A stretch of 64,000 nt of DNA from an uncultured Planctomycetales bacterium (GTDB lineage: Bacteria > Omnitrophota > Gorgyraeia > Zapsychrales > Fredricksoniimonadaceae): the NCBI GenBank assembly GCA_964583975.1, contig CAZOXU010000009.1, positions 3,195-67,194 of the forward strand, given 5' to 3'. Below, in pieces: positions 9,523 through 18,825 of the stretch (its first letter is position 1; each line of letters begins with the position of its first letter). Made by a program: the position numbers and the translations under genes. The notes under the pieces are model-generated. The model did no database searches. It saw only the letters and a program-made list of their open reading frames with translations, and was not told the DNA's origin.

Positions 9523-10225
9523 GAATAAAAATTCAGAATATAAAGGCTTTCAACCAGCAGATTGTCGTGTTTTTTTTGATTTTGATAACACTATATCGAA
9601 GGGTGATGTGCTTGATGATATCATCCAACGTTTTTCCATCAATCGAGATTGGGTCGCTTTACAAGAGGCCTGGTTGGAAGAACGAATTAGTGCTAAGGAA
9701 TGTTTGTTAGGTCAAATGAAGGGAGTTCGGATTTCTCCTGCAGATTTGAGCCAATATTTGACCACCGTTGTTTTAGATCCACACTTTTCATCATTACTGG
9801 CCTGGTTGCGTAATTATGGCGTTGAGCCTATTATAGTCAGTGATAACTTCCAAACGATCATTGAGCAAGTTTTGCAGTATAATAATATCCACGGATTAAC
9901 GGTTTATGCCAACCATTTGGAATTTTCTAATGACAGTCTTGTTCCTTCTTTCCCATATCAAAATCCCAATTGTCGTTCTTGTGCGCATTGCAAGAAAACA
10001 CATTTTCAGAAAGATGATCCAAGAAGCATCGTTTACATTGGCGATGGACGTTCTGATATTTGTGCAGCCAAAGAATCAGACCGAGTGTATGCTAAGGATA
10101 CGCTTTTGAAATATTTCCAGAAACACAAATTAGCTTGTGTAGAGTTTGCAAATCTTGGCGATGTGCATGAGCATTTAAAGGAGGAGGCCAATGGAACAGT
10201 TGTTACGACGCAACGAAGGGGCTAA
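9515..10225 (+). CDS. HAD-superfamily phosphatase (DxDxT; MtnX/PSP-like)
   Basis: FFDFDNT motif I and IGDGRSD motif IV. I moved the start to the MLKNKN Met so it does not overlap the ACP. Confidence 0.6.
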   Translation: MLKNKNSEYKGFQPADCRVFFDFDNTISKGDVLDDIIQRFSINRDWVALQEAWLEERISAKECLLGQMKGVRISPADLSQYLTTVVLDPHFSSLLAWLRNYGVEPIIVSDNFQTIIEQVLQYNNIHGLTVYANHLEFSNDSLVPSFPYQNPNCRSCAHCKKTHFQKDDPRSIVYIGDGRSDICAAKESDRVYAKDTLLKYFQKHKLACVEFANLGDVHEHLKEEANGTVVTTQRRG

Positions 10226-11597
10226 GGACCAAAAACAAGAAGAGCTTTTAGCTAAAGAAGCCCAATATTGTTCTTGGGGTGATACAGTCCATTATGCCAA
10301 GGAAATTAAGGTTTTCAGCCGAACCGAAGGGATCTATGTTTATGACCGTCAAGGAGTCCAATACCTTGATTTGCAAATGTGGCATTCGGCTGCAAATTTC
10401 GGATATAAAAATGAACGTTTGAATAATATTTTAAAAGACCAGATCGATACCTTACCCCAGCTCAATAGCCAATATTTGCATGAAGAAAAGATTTTGCTTG
10501 CTGAAAAGATTGCTAAAAATGTTGAAAAAACTTTTGGCGTTAAAGGAAGGGTGCATTTTAATGTTGGTGGCGCGGCTGCTATTGAAGATGCGATCAAAAT
10601 TGTCCGTAATTATACAAAGAAAAATGCCATGTTTGCTTTTATGGGTGGTTATCATGGACGCACCTTAGGCGCAACCGCCATTACCTCAAGTTACCGTTAC
10701 CGAGAAAATTATGGAACATTCTCAGATCGGGCCTATTTCATAGAATATCCTTACCGTTTCCGTTGCACCGCTGCTAGTAAAGAAAAATGCTGTGACATGT
10801 CATGTTTCAAAGATTTTGAGAAGCTCTTTGATTCAGAATATTATTCGATCGTTAATCCTAAAACCAAAAATTGTGAATACGGAGCCTTCTTTGTCGAGCC
10901 AGTGCAGGCAACTGGCGGCTATATTGTGCCTCCTAAGGATTATTTTAAACAGCTTAAGAAGGTCTTAGACCGACATCAAGTCTTGTTTGTGGCTGATGAA
11001 GTTCACATGGGTTTCTTTAGAACAGGTAAGATGTGGGCGATTGAACATTTTGGCGTGGTCCCTGATATCATTGTGTTTGGCAAATCGTTTACCAATGGGC
11101 TTAATCCGCTTTCAGGAATATGGGCTAAGGAGCATTTGATTTCTCCAGAAATGTTTCCTGCAGGTTCAACGCATGCCACATTCTCTTCGAATCCTTTAGG
11201 AACAGCCGCTGCGCTGGGTGTCATGAATCTTATTGAAGATTCTGATTTCGCCACATCCGTCCCTCAGAAGGGCGAATATTTTGTCAAACGTCTTAAAAGT
11301 TTGATGAAAAAATACCCGGAAATTGGCGAGGTTGATGGTTTAGGATTGGCTTTGCGTATTGAAATCTGCCAGAAGGATGGCTTTACACCTAATCGTGAAT
11401 TGACCGATAAAATTATGAATATCGGATTAAAAGGTCAATTAACAGCTGGTGGTAAAGAACGTGGATTGCTCTTGAGCATTGGTGGATACTATAAGAATGT
11501 TTTTAATTTGGCTCCATCTTTGTATATTACTAATCAAGAAATAGATTTAGCTGTAGATTTATTTGATGAAGCTTTTACCAAAGCCTTGAAGACCTAA
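10191..11597 (+). CDS. Class-III (PLP, omega-type) aminotransferase
   Basis: AAIEDAIK, GGYHGRT, ADEVHMGFFRTG and FGK (PLP Lys) motifs. A strong RBS, AAAGGAGGAGG, lies upstream. Confidence 0.8.
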   Translation: MEQLLRRNEGAKDQKQEELLAKEAQYCSWGDTVHYAKEIKVFSRTEGIYVYDRQGVQYLDLQMWHSAANFGYKNERLNNILKDQIDTLPQLNSQYLHEEKILLAEKIAKNVEKTFGVKGRVHFNVGGAAAIEDAIKIVRNYTKKNAMFAFMGGYHGRTLGATAITSSYRYRENYGTFSDRAYFIEYPYRFRCTAASKEKCCDMSCFKDFEKLFDSEYYSIVNPKTKNCEYGAFFVEPVQATGGYIVPPKDYFKQLKKVLDRHQVLFVADEVHMGFFRTGKMWAIEHFGVVPDIIVFGKSFTNGLNPLSGIWAKEHLISPEMFPAGSTHATFSSNPLGTAAALGVMNLIEDSDFATSVPQKGEYFVKRLKSLMKKYPEIGEVDGLGLALRIEICQKDGFTPNRELTDKIMNIGLKGQLTAGGKERGLLLSIGGYYKNVFNLAPSLYITNQEIDLAVDLFDEAFTKALKT

Positions 11598-11694
11598 TTT
11601 TGTCGTGTGAATCAAATCAATTGACGAACCTCTCCATACCTTGTACTGTAAGCCGTCATTTATGCATCTTTTTCAACCAAGGCAGGGAGGACGA

Positions 11695-12699
11695 ATGAGA
11701 ATTACCGACGTAGCTCTACTTGTAAAAGGTGCAGTTGAGGGAAATGGTGAAATTGATATTATAGGCTTAAGTGGTCCAACTACGGCTAAGGCTAATGATT
11801 TAACCTTTGCTGTGGATGAATGCAAACTCTTAGTTGCTGAACAAAGCCTAACGGGTTGCATATTAACCACTAACACCGTCAGAAAATCTACTAAACCTCT
11901 CATCCGAGTCCATAATCCAAAGCTTGCTTTCTTAACTCTTTACCATGCATTGTATAAACCAGTTGTTAGGAAGTCTTTTGTCCATCCTACGGCCGCGATA
12001 GGTAATTTTGTAAAATTTGGGAATAATGTCTGGGTAGGTTCCCATGTAACAATCGAAGATAATGTTACTATCAAGGACAATAGTATTATCGAAAGTGGTT
12101 GCATCATTAAAAAGAATTGTTGTATAGGAGTCTCTTGTCATTTATATCCTCGCGTGCTTCTTTATGAAAATATTATATTAAAAGACAATGTCATCCTACA
12201 TGGCGGAGTCGTGGTTGGGTCTGATGGTTTTGGTTATGTGAAAGACCAAGGTGTAATTTATAAATTTCCGCAATTAGGTAAAGTTATTATTGAAGAAAAT
12301 GTCGAGATCGGATCTAATTCTACGATTGATAGGGGTTCTTTAGAGGATACGATCATAGGAGCTAATTCTAAAATCGATAATCTCTGCCATGTTGCTCACA
12401 ATGTGAAGATCGGAAAGAATCTCATTATGGCAGCACAAAGTGGGATTGCAGGAAGCACAGTGATAGGCGACAATGTTACGATCAGCGGACAGGTTGCCAT
12501 TACTGACAATGTCACAGTAGGCTCTAATGCTGTGATCGGTGGAAAAAGCGCTGTTATTGGTGATATCGATGATCGTTCGGTTGTTTGGGGAATTCCTGCT
12601 CGAAGCCTTGCTCAAACAAAAAGACAAATGGCTGTTGCTTCTTGGTTGACCAAGAATTTTTCCATAATTTCAAAGATTGTGAAACAAAAATCCTCTTGA
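11695..12699 (+). CDS. LpxD-like UDP-3-O-acylglucosamine N-acyltransferase (left-handed beta-helix / hexapeptide)
   Basis: N-terminal LpxD-type domain followed by long hexapeptide repeats (IGxNxxI). I set the start at the MRITD Met with a GGGAGG RBS rather than at 11641. Confidence 0.7.
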   Translation: MRITDVALLVKGAVEGNGEIDIIGLSGPTTAKANDLTFAVDECKLLVAEQSLTGCILTTNTVRKSTKPLIRVHNPKLAFLTLYHALYKPVVRKSFVHPTAAIGNFVKFGNNVWVGSHVTIEDNVTIKDNSIIESGCIIKKNCCIGVSCHLYPRVLLYENIILKDNVILHGGVVVGSDGFGYVKDQGVIYKFPQLGKVIIEENVEIGSNSTIDRGSLEDTIIGANSKIDNLCHVAHNVKIGKNLIMAAQSGIAGSTVIGDNVTISGQVAITDNVTVGSNAVIGGKSAVIGDIDDRSVVWGIPARSLAQTKRQMAVASWLTKNFSIISKIVKQKSS

Positions 12700-12727
12700 G
12701 AAATAACTTACAGAAGAGGAGTTAATT

Positions 12728-13000
12728 ATGATCCAAGAATTACCTATTCGAACTCCGCCGTTTACTCCGTTCAAATTTAAGAGATATTTTGAATCTAAAA
12801 ATAATAAGATCAGGATTTTTGGTTTATGCGAAGTGACAGGCAAGAATTTTGAAATATTTGTGCCGGTGGAAGGTTTTTTTGTCTATTTGCAGGGCTTTAA
12901 AAATATTGTAGAGGCTTTGTTTAGTTCTTCCAAAGAAGAGCGTGAGTTTATTTTGACAGGAACTTCGCCAGAAGGCTATAGAAGTCGTAGAGATCAATGA
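12728..13000 (+). CDS. Hypothetical small protein (90 aa)
   Basis: Good RBS (GAGGAG). Its stop overlaps the start of the downstream helicase. Confidence 0.35.
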   Translation: MIQELPIRTPPFTPFKFKRYFESKNNKIRIFGLCEVTGKNFEIFVPVEGFFVYLQGFKNIVEALFSSSKEEREFILTGTSPEGYRSRRDQ

Positions 13001-14385
13001 TGGATGCTTCCAAAGATTTTAAAAGTGTAGGTTTAAGTAAGGCCATGCTTGATAATCTCAAGTCCCTTGGTTATTTGGAGATGACACCTATTCAGGAAAA
13101 GGGCTTGCCATTTATTTTAAGTAAGCGGGATTTTATTGGTCAGGCTAATACTGGCAGCGGTAAAACAGCTGCCTTTGCTTTAGGCATCCTAGCCAAATTA
13201 GATTTAACCATTCCGATGCCACAGGCCCTGGTGTTGGTTCCTACGCGCGAATTAGCCGAGCAGGTAGCTAATGAAATCCGTCGCCTGGCACGCTTTACCA
13301 GTAATATTAAGGTGCTGACCATCTGCGGCGGTTCAGAAGAACGTCATAAGGTTAAGTCGCTCAAGCAGGGTGCGCATATCATTGTGGGAACTCCTGGTCG
13401 CATCACCAAATTACTCAAAACAGGAGTACTTATTACCAGTGATCTTAAGGTCTTGGTATTAGATGAAGCCGATCGTTTGCTAGAAATGGGATCAATTGAG
13501 GAAATAAACCGTATTGCCTCATTTACGCCCGTGGATCGCCAAACCATGTTGTTTTCTGCGACATTTCCTCACGGGATTAAAACATTAAGCGCCAGCCTGC
13601 AGGAAGATGCAGCGCAAGTGACTATTGACTCGCAACACCAAAATACAACCATCAAACAATTATTTTTTAAAGTCGAAGATCAAAAGAACGATGCCTTGTT
13701 GCGTCTTTTGGGACACTATAAACCAGAATCCTGCATTATTTTTTGTAATAGCAGGGAAGCGTGTAACACTGTCTCAGGATTGTTACGTACTAAAAAAATA
13801 GATTCTTTACAGATGCATTCAGATTTAGAGCAAGCTGACAGAACACTTATTTTAATCAAATTTGATAATAAAAGTTGCCGTATTATGGTTGCGACTGACT
13901 TAGCATCGCGTGGTCTGGATGTGAAGGATGTAGGTAGTATCATTAATTACGATTTGCCAAGCGACCCCGAGCTCTATGTTCATCGCATTGGAAGAACCGG
14001 ACGAGCGGGGCAAGAGGGGCTGGCGCTGAGCTTGTATACCCATAAAGAACGGGCCACTCTGAGAACGATGGGCACTTATTTAAAAACTGAGTGTATGATT
14101 AAAGAATTAAATGAATTGCATCCTATTCAACTGAGAGCTGACCGTCTTGTGGCAGAAATGTCGACCATTTATATTAGCGGCGGCAGGAAGGATAATATCC
14201 GTCCTGGCGATATCTTAGGTGCTTTGACCAAGGAAGCGGGGCGCAAAGCCCAGGACGTCGGGAAGATTCATATTTTAGAAGTTAATAGTTATGTAGCCAT
14301 CACCCCTGAAAAACAAGAAGAAGCAATCGAGCGACTGAACGCAGGGAAAATTAAAGGCCGAAAGTTTAGAGTTGGAAAAGCTTGA
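12997..14385 (+). CDS. dbpA: ATP-dependent DEAD-box RNA helicase, DbpA-like, with a C-terminal RNA-binding domain
   Basis: Motifs GSGKTAAF, PTRELA, DEAD, SAT and HRIGRTGRAG, plus a C-terminal DbpA RBD (GGRKDNIRPGDILGAL). Confidence 0.85.
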   Translation: MMDASKDFKSVGLSKAMLDNLKSLGYLEMTPIQEKGLPFILSKRDFIGQANTGSGKTAAFALGILAKLDLTIPMPQALVLVPTRELAEQVANEIRRLARFTSNIKVLTICGGSEERHKVKSLKQGAHIIVGTPGRITKLLKTGVLITSDLKVLVLDEADRLLEMGSIEEINRIASFTPVDRQTMLFSATFPHGIKTLSASLQEDAAQVTIDSQHQNTTIKQLFFKVEDQKNDALLRLLGHYKPESCIIFCNSREACNTVSGLLRTKKIDSLQMHSDLEQADRTLILIKFDNKSCRIMVATDLASRGLDVKDVGSIINYDLPSDPELYVHRIGRTGRAGQEGLALSLYTHKERATLRTMGTYLKTECMIKELNELHPIQLRADRLVAEMSTIYISGGRKDNIRPGDILGALTKEAGRKAQDVGKIHILEVNSYVAITPEKQEEAIERLNAGKIKGRKFRVGKA

Positions 14386-14454
14386 TTGATCCCTCCTTTT
14401 GTAGTTAGCAATTCTTTGTAGAATTACATAATTTTATACTCTCCGTAGATTTGT

Positions 14455-14480
14455 TATACCTTAGTACAATTGATTTATTT
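14455..14480 (+). promoter_or_regulatory. Conserved 26-nt motif TATACCTTAGTACAATTGATTTATTT, copy 1, upstream of the RR-HK-RR operon
   Basis: A near-identical copy (24/26) lies at 16887-16912. Contains GTACAA half-sites, repeated at 14489-14494. Confidence 0.45.
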
Positions 14481-14564
14481 GATGCTTTGTACAAAAATAT
14501 GCAAGTACACTAGATTTCTTGACGAGTTTTTGTATCTAATTTTGTTGATTTAAGGAGCAATGCC

Positions 14565-14957
14565 ATGACTTTATATAAAAAAAGAATTTATATTGTAGAT
14601 GATGACGAATCGGTGTGTCGTGCGCTTAAGACACTTTTAATGACTTTTGAGTTTGAAGTTAAAACATTTAATTCTGCACAAAGTTTCTTTGATGCTGTGC
14701 CCTATGATGAGCCTGGTTGTTTAGTTCTCGATATTCATATGCCAGGATTAGATGGATGGGCAACTCAGAAAAAGATTCTTGAATCTGGATCAAAACGTTC
14801 TGTTATTTTTATTTCTGCCGAGAAGCATGAAAATGCTGCGGACCGTGCTTTGGAAGTAGGGGCTGTGGGGTTTTTACAAAAACCGTTTAATGGTCAGACC
14901 TTGGTCGATCTTATTAATGTTGCCTCAGATAATATCGATATGACTGTGAAAAATTAA
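14565..14957 (+). CDS. Single-domain response regulator (CheY-like receiver)
   Basis: DD..D acidic pocket, LVLDIHMPGLDG phospho-Asp and a conserved K. Confidence 0.75.
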   Translation: MTLYKKRIYIVDDDESVCRALKTLLMTFEFEVKTFNSAQSFFDAVPYDEPGCLVLDIHMPGLDGWATQKKILESGSKRSVIFISAEKHENAADRALEVGAVGFLQKPFNGQTLVDLINVASDNIDMTVKN

Positions 14958-14960
14958 AAG

Positions 14961-16241
14961 ATGACTATTAAAATCAAATCAAAAGAAAAAACAACGGTTA
15001 ACCAAAAGAAGGTTAAAAAACCGTTATTGAGAAGAATAACTCGGAATATTTTAGAGGAGAAGGTGCGGCAACAAACAGATGAGCTGAAAATCAGAAGCGG
15101 GCAATTAAAACAAGGGGCCGATAGAGAGAAGATTGCAGAAGAAAAAATTCATATTCGAACCAAGGCTATGGAAGCCACATTAGATGGTATTTTTATTATT
15201 GATGCCAAGAAATCTAATTTTCCCATTATTTATGCCAATCCATCTTTATTGAGTATTACTGGTTATACAAAGAATGATGTCATTGGGCACAACTATTTTC
15301 TACTCTATGGATCAGATGCTGATTTGCGTATTGTTGATGAAATAAAGAAAACTATGTATCGAGGAGAATCGTTTTATGGAGAGATGTTAAATTTTAGGAA
15401 AAATGGCAAGAAATTTTGGAGTTTATTACGTATTGCTCCAGTGCGTGATACAAAGGGAAACGTCACCCATTATGTAGGGATTCAAACGGATACTACACTG
15501 ATAAAGCAAAGAGATTTAGAAATTGAAGAACAGCGCGAAGAGCTTTTGCATGTCACACGGGTAGGAAAGCTTGCGGAATTTGTTTCGTCTTTAGCACATG
15601 AAATTAGCCAACCTTTGACGGCTATTCTTTCTTATGCTCAAGCAGCTCAGCGTCTGTACGCAGGAAGGGAGCCCCAATTACAAGAAATTCTACAGTACAT
15701 TATTAATGATGATCAGAGGGCTGCTGAGGTTATTCGGCGTTTACGGTCGTTGTTAAAAAAGAACAAGCCAGCATTTGAGTATTTAGATATCAATGACCTT
15801 ATTAAGGATACAGTTAAACTTATTATGACCCATATTACTGTTAGGAATAAAATTATCGTATTCGATCTGGATACTAATCTTCCGCACATACAAGGGGATC
15901 GTATACAATTGCAACAGGTACTCTTGAATCTTATTAGCAACAGTTTAGAAGCAATGGATGATCGCACTGGTTCTCTGGAACTGTTGATTAGATCATCGCT
16001 TAAAGATGCCAATATAATTATGGTGGAAGTTAAGGATTCAGGATGCGGCATTCCAAAAGAAAATATGAAGAAGCTTTTTGCGCACTTTTTTACTAGCAAG
16101 CCAGATGGTTTGGGTATGGGTTTGTCGATTAGCCGTTCCATTGTGGAAGAGCATGGTGGTCGTTTAGAAGCAAAGAATAATCGTGATCACGGTGCAACTT
16201 TCCATTTCACAATTCCTGTTTATGTAAAGAAGGATCAATGA
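14961..16241 (+). CDS. PAS-domain sensor histidine kinase (FixL-like)
   Basis: PAS fold (residues ~60-180), a HisKA H-box LAHEISQPLTAI, and the HATPase N, G1 and G2 boxes. Confidence 0.8.
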   Translation: MTIKIKSKEKTTVNQKKVKKPLLRRITRNILEEKVRQQTDELKIRSGQLKQGADREKIAEEKIHIRTKAMEATLDGIFIIDAKKSNFPIIYANPSLLSITGYTKNDVIGHNYFLLYGSDADLRIVDEIKKTMYRGESFYGEMLNFRKNGKKFWSLLRIAPVRDTKGNVTHYVGIQTDTTLIKQRDLEIEEQREELLHVTRVGKLAEFVSSLAHEISQPLTAILSYAQAAQRLYAGREPQLQEILQYIINDDQRAAEVIRRLRSLLKKNKPAFEYLDINDLIKDTVKLIMTHITVRNKIIVFDLDTNLPHIQGDRIQLQQVLLNLISNSLEAMDDRTGSLELLIRSSLKDANIIMVEVKDSGCGIPKENMKKLFAHFFTSKPDGLGMGLSISRSIVEEHGGRLEAKNNRDHGATFHFTIPVYVKKDQ

Positions 16242-16861
16242 GTAATAGTCCTATTATTTATGTTGTTGATGATGATATTTCTGTGTGCAGAGCCTTAAAC
16301 TTATTATTAAAAGCACATGGATTTAAGGTTGAGACATTCATACGAGCCACCGATTTTCTGAATTTTAAACATCCCAAAATTCCCTCATGTTTGGTTCTTG
16401 ATATTCGTTTGCCAGATATCAATGGACTTCTCCTCCAGGAAAGAATGATACAGCAGAGGATTAATATCCCTATTATTTTTATTACAGGGCATGGCGATGT
16501 TCCCAAGAGTGTCAAAGCGATCAAAGCTGGAGCCATAGATTTCTTTATGAAACCTTTTACTGCAACAAAGCTTCTGGATGCCATTGCCCTCGGTATTACA
16601 GAGAGTAAGATCAAAAATAAAAAACAAGCTGAAATAGTGAAGATTTGGCGAAATATTAGAACTTTGTCCCCCAGAGAACTTGAGGTATTTCGCTTGGTAG
16701 TCAATGGGATGATGAATAAACAAATTGCCTCAAAGCGGGGAACAGCCCTTCAGACTATCAAGGTCCATCGTGGCCGGGTTATGCAAAAGATGCAAGCAAA
16801 CACAGTTACTGAACTCATCCATTTTGCTCAAAAAGCAGGCATCACATCCTCCTTAGATTAA
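16238..16861 (+). CDS. Response regulator with receiver plus LuxR/FixJ-type HTH
   Basis: Receiver domain (D at VLDIRLPDINGL) and a C-terminal LuxR HTH (ELEVFRLVVNGMMNKQIASK). Confidence 0.8.
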   Translation: MSNSPIIYVVDDDISVCRALNLLLKAHGFKVETFIRATDFLNFKHPKIPSCLVLDIRLPDINGLLLQERMIQQRINIPIIFITGHGDVPKSVKAIKAGAIDFFMKPFTATKLLDAIALGITESKIKNKKQAEIVKIWRNIRTLSPRELEVFRLVVNGMMNKQIASKRGTALQTIKVHRGRVMQKMQANTVTELIHFAQKAGITSSLD

Positions 16862-16886
16862 GGTTTCCATCGGCGTACCAGCTTAC

Positions 16887-16912
16887 TATACCTTGGTACA
16901 ATTGATTCATTT
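16887..16912 (+). promoter_or_regulatory. Conserved 26-nt motif, copy 2 (TATACCTTGGTACAATTGATTCATTT), upstream of the lipoprotein/entericidin/DUF1328/BON stress operon
   Basis: Matches 14455-14480 at 24/26 positions. Lies in the intergenic region downstream of the FixJ-like RR. Confidence 0.45.
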
Positions 16913-16978
16913 TCAGTTACTGCCTAAACTACTAACAGCAGCTTAAGGAATAAATATATTTTCAATTAGGAGATTCAT

Positions 16979-17374
16979 ATGAAGTTTAAAATTCTTATTC
17001 TTATTATATTGGTTCTTTCGGTTCCACTACTCTCTAGCTGTGCAGCTCTTCTCATCGGTGGCGTGGTAGGTTATGAGGTCAGCGCAGACAGTGTTAAAGC
17101 AGATATCGATACTTCTTATGCTAGAGCCTATGATGCGAGTCTTGAAACCATTCGCGCTATGGGAGGCTTAAGTATAGATAAGAAGACTGAAGGATGGATT
17201 AAGTCTGAGGTGGATAATTACAATGTGGCTGTTCATATAGAGAAACTCACTGAAAAAACAGTGCGAATTGCTGTTTCAGCCAGAAAACATACCTTGCCTA
17301 AATCACAATATGCGCGTGATGTATTGGCAGACATATTAAAGAGACTCAAACAACAACCAATCTGGATGCGTTAG
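16979..17374 (+). CDS. Lipoprotein (lipobox LLSSC) of unknown function
   Basis: Signal peptide plus lipobox. The downstream genes are stress-related. Confidence 0.5.
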   Translation: MKFKILILIILVLSVPLLSSCAALLIGGVVGYEVSADSVKADIDTSYARAYDASLETIRAMGGLSIDKKTEGWIKSEVDNYNVAVHIEKLTEKTVRIAVSARKHTLPKSQYARDVLADILKRLKQQPIWMR

Positions 17375-17385
17375 GGGGGATAGAA

Positions 17386-17523
17386 ATGAAAGTACTTATT
17401 TTAATAGTTATAGTAGCTATATGTTTAACTTCACTTACGGGCTGCAATATGCTTAAAGGTGCAGGAAAAGATGTTGAGAATGCTGGAAAAAGCGTTCAAA
17501 AGACCGTTGATCATAACGATTAA
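17386..17523 (+). CDS. Entericidin-like small lipoprotein (45 aa). Not in the ORF track.
   Basis: [45 protein letters not shown] matches the EcnA/B pattern (lipobox, then G.G.D....G..V). GGGGGA RBS. Confidence 0.6.
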   Translation: MKVLILIVIVAICLTSLTGCNMLKGAGKDVENAGKSVQKTVDHND

Positions 17524-17537
17524 GAAAGGAGTGTTCT

Positions 17538-17702
17538 ATGTTGAATTGGGCCGCTACATTTTTTGTGATCGCAATAGTTGCAGCAGTACTGGGATTTACT
17601 GGTATCGCGGGTTCAGCCATTGATATAGCTAAAATTTTATTTTTTGTATTTTTAGTCTTAGCAATTGTTTCTTTTATTTTTGGCAGAAAAGTATCTTCAT
17701 AG
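17538..17702 (+). CDS. UPF0391/DUF1328 (YtjA-like) small membrane protein (54 aa). Not in the ORF track.
   Basis: [46 protein letters not shown] matches the YtjA family consensus. AAGGAG RBS. Confidence 0.6.
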   Translation: MLNWAATFFVIAIVAAVLGFTGIAGSAIDIAKILFFVFLVLAIVSFIFGRKVSS

Positions 17703-17770
17703 TCTCCAACAGATAGGCCTCATTTAGGGGTGATGGATTAAACAGTACGATTAGGGAAGGTGAGTGTTTT

Positions 17771-18544
17771 ATGAATTCGAATTATTTAAGATTATTCTTT
17801 GCAATTATGTCAGCAGTATTAGTCACTGCTTCATCTGTGCGTGCCTCTGAGACGGATGAACGCATTGAGTCATCTGCTCAAAAATCATACGTTTTTAAAA
17901 CTTATCTTAAGGACGATAGTATTAGAACCACATCCAAGGATGGTGTTGTGACATTGACAGGCGCTGTTAAGGAGGTGTCTCATAAATCTTTAGCTCAAGA
18001 GACCGTGGCAAATTTGCCTGGAGTTAAAAGTGTGGACAATCAATTGGTATTCAAAGGTGAACAACCTGCTGAGAATTCTGATGGTTGGTTAAGCATGCAG
18101 GTTAAGAGCGCCTTATTATTCAATCGTAACGTGAGTGCTGTTAAGACTCAGGTTTATGTCAACGATGGTATTGTTACTTTAAAAGGCGAAGCAGATAGCC
18201 AGGCTCAAAAGGATTTAGCTGGTGAATATGCCAAGGATATTGCAGGTGTTAGAGCTGTTAATAACGAGATGAGTATAGTAAAGACTGAAAACAAGAAACA
18301 AGAGACCATGGGCGATAAGATTGATGATGCATCTATTACGGCTCAGGTGAAAATGGCCTTCTTGTCACATCACTCAACCAGCGCTTTCAAGACTGGTGTG
18401 GAGACGAGTAATGGAGTAGTCACTTTAACTGGCGATGCCACTAGCGGTGCTGGAAAAGACATGGCTACCAAGGTAGCAGGCGATGTTCACGGTGTAACCA
18501 ATGTAGTTAATGACATGGTTGTTGTTCCTATTTTGTCTAAATAA
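17771..18544 (+). CDS. OsmY-like periplasmic protein with three BON domains
   Basis: Signal peptide and three repeats of the BON pattern (V.V..GVVTL.G.V.S...K..A). Confidence 0.7.
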   Translation: MNSNYLRLFFAIMSAVLVTASSVRASETDERIESSAQKSYVFKTYLKDDSIRTTSKDGVVTLTGAVKEVSHKSLAQETVANLPGVKSVDNQLVFKGEQPAENSDGWLSMQVKSALLFNRNVSAVKTQVYVNDGIVTLKGEADSQAQKDLAGEYAKDIAGVRAVNNEMSIVKTENKKQETMGDKIDDASITAQVKMAFLSHHSTSAFKTGVETSNGVVTLTGDATSGAGKDMATKVAGDVHGVTNVVNDMVVVPILSK

Positions 18545-18561
18545 TTTTAAAAGGAGATAAT

Positions 18562-18825
18562 ATGGAAAATTTAGAAGATCAATTGAAGAATAAAGGTCAA
18601 GAGAAGGACAAGGAATCTGCTCAAGTAGTAAAACAAGCCATTAAGGATGATCAAGCCCTAGCCCCTGTTGCTAGTGATATTCAGGTTACAGTTAAAGATG
18701 GTGTTATTACCTTGGATGGAGAAGTAGCCACAGAGCAACAAATGAACCTTGCTAGCAATACTGCTAAGGCTCTTGGAAAGGTCGAGAAAGTTAAAAATCG
18801 AATTGAAGTAACACATAATAAATAG
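18562..18825 (+). CDS. Single BON-domain protein
   Basis: IQVTVKDGVITLDGEV...K..A BON motif. Confidence 0.55.
   Translation: MENLEDQLKNKGQEKDKESAQVVKQAIKDDQALAPVASDIQVTVKDGVITLDGEVATEQQMNLASNTAKALGKVEKVKNRIEVTHNK

Noticed and set aside
11641-11694. Upstream extension of the LpxD-like ORF ([11 protein letters not shown]…)
   Set aside because: The internal Met at 11695 is preceded by a GGGAGG RBS, and the LpxD N-terminal domain begins there. The extension is probably untranslated.
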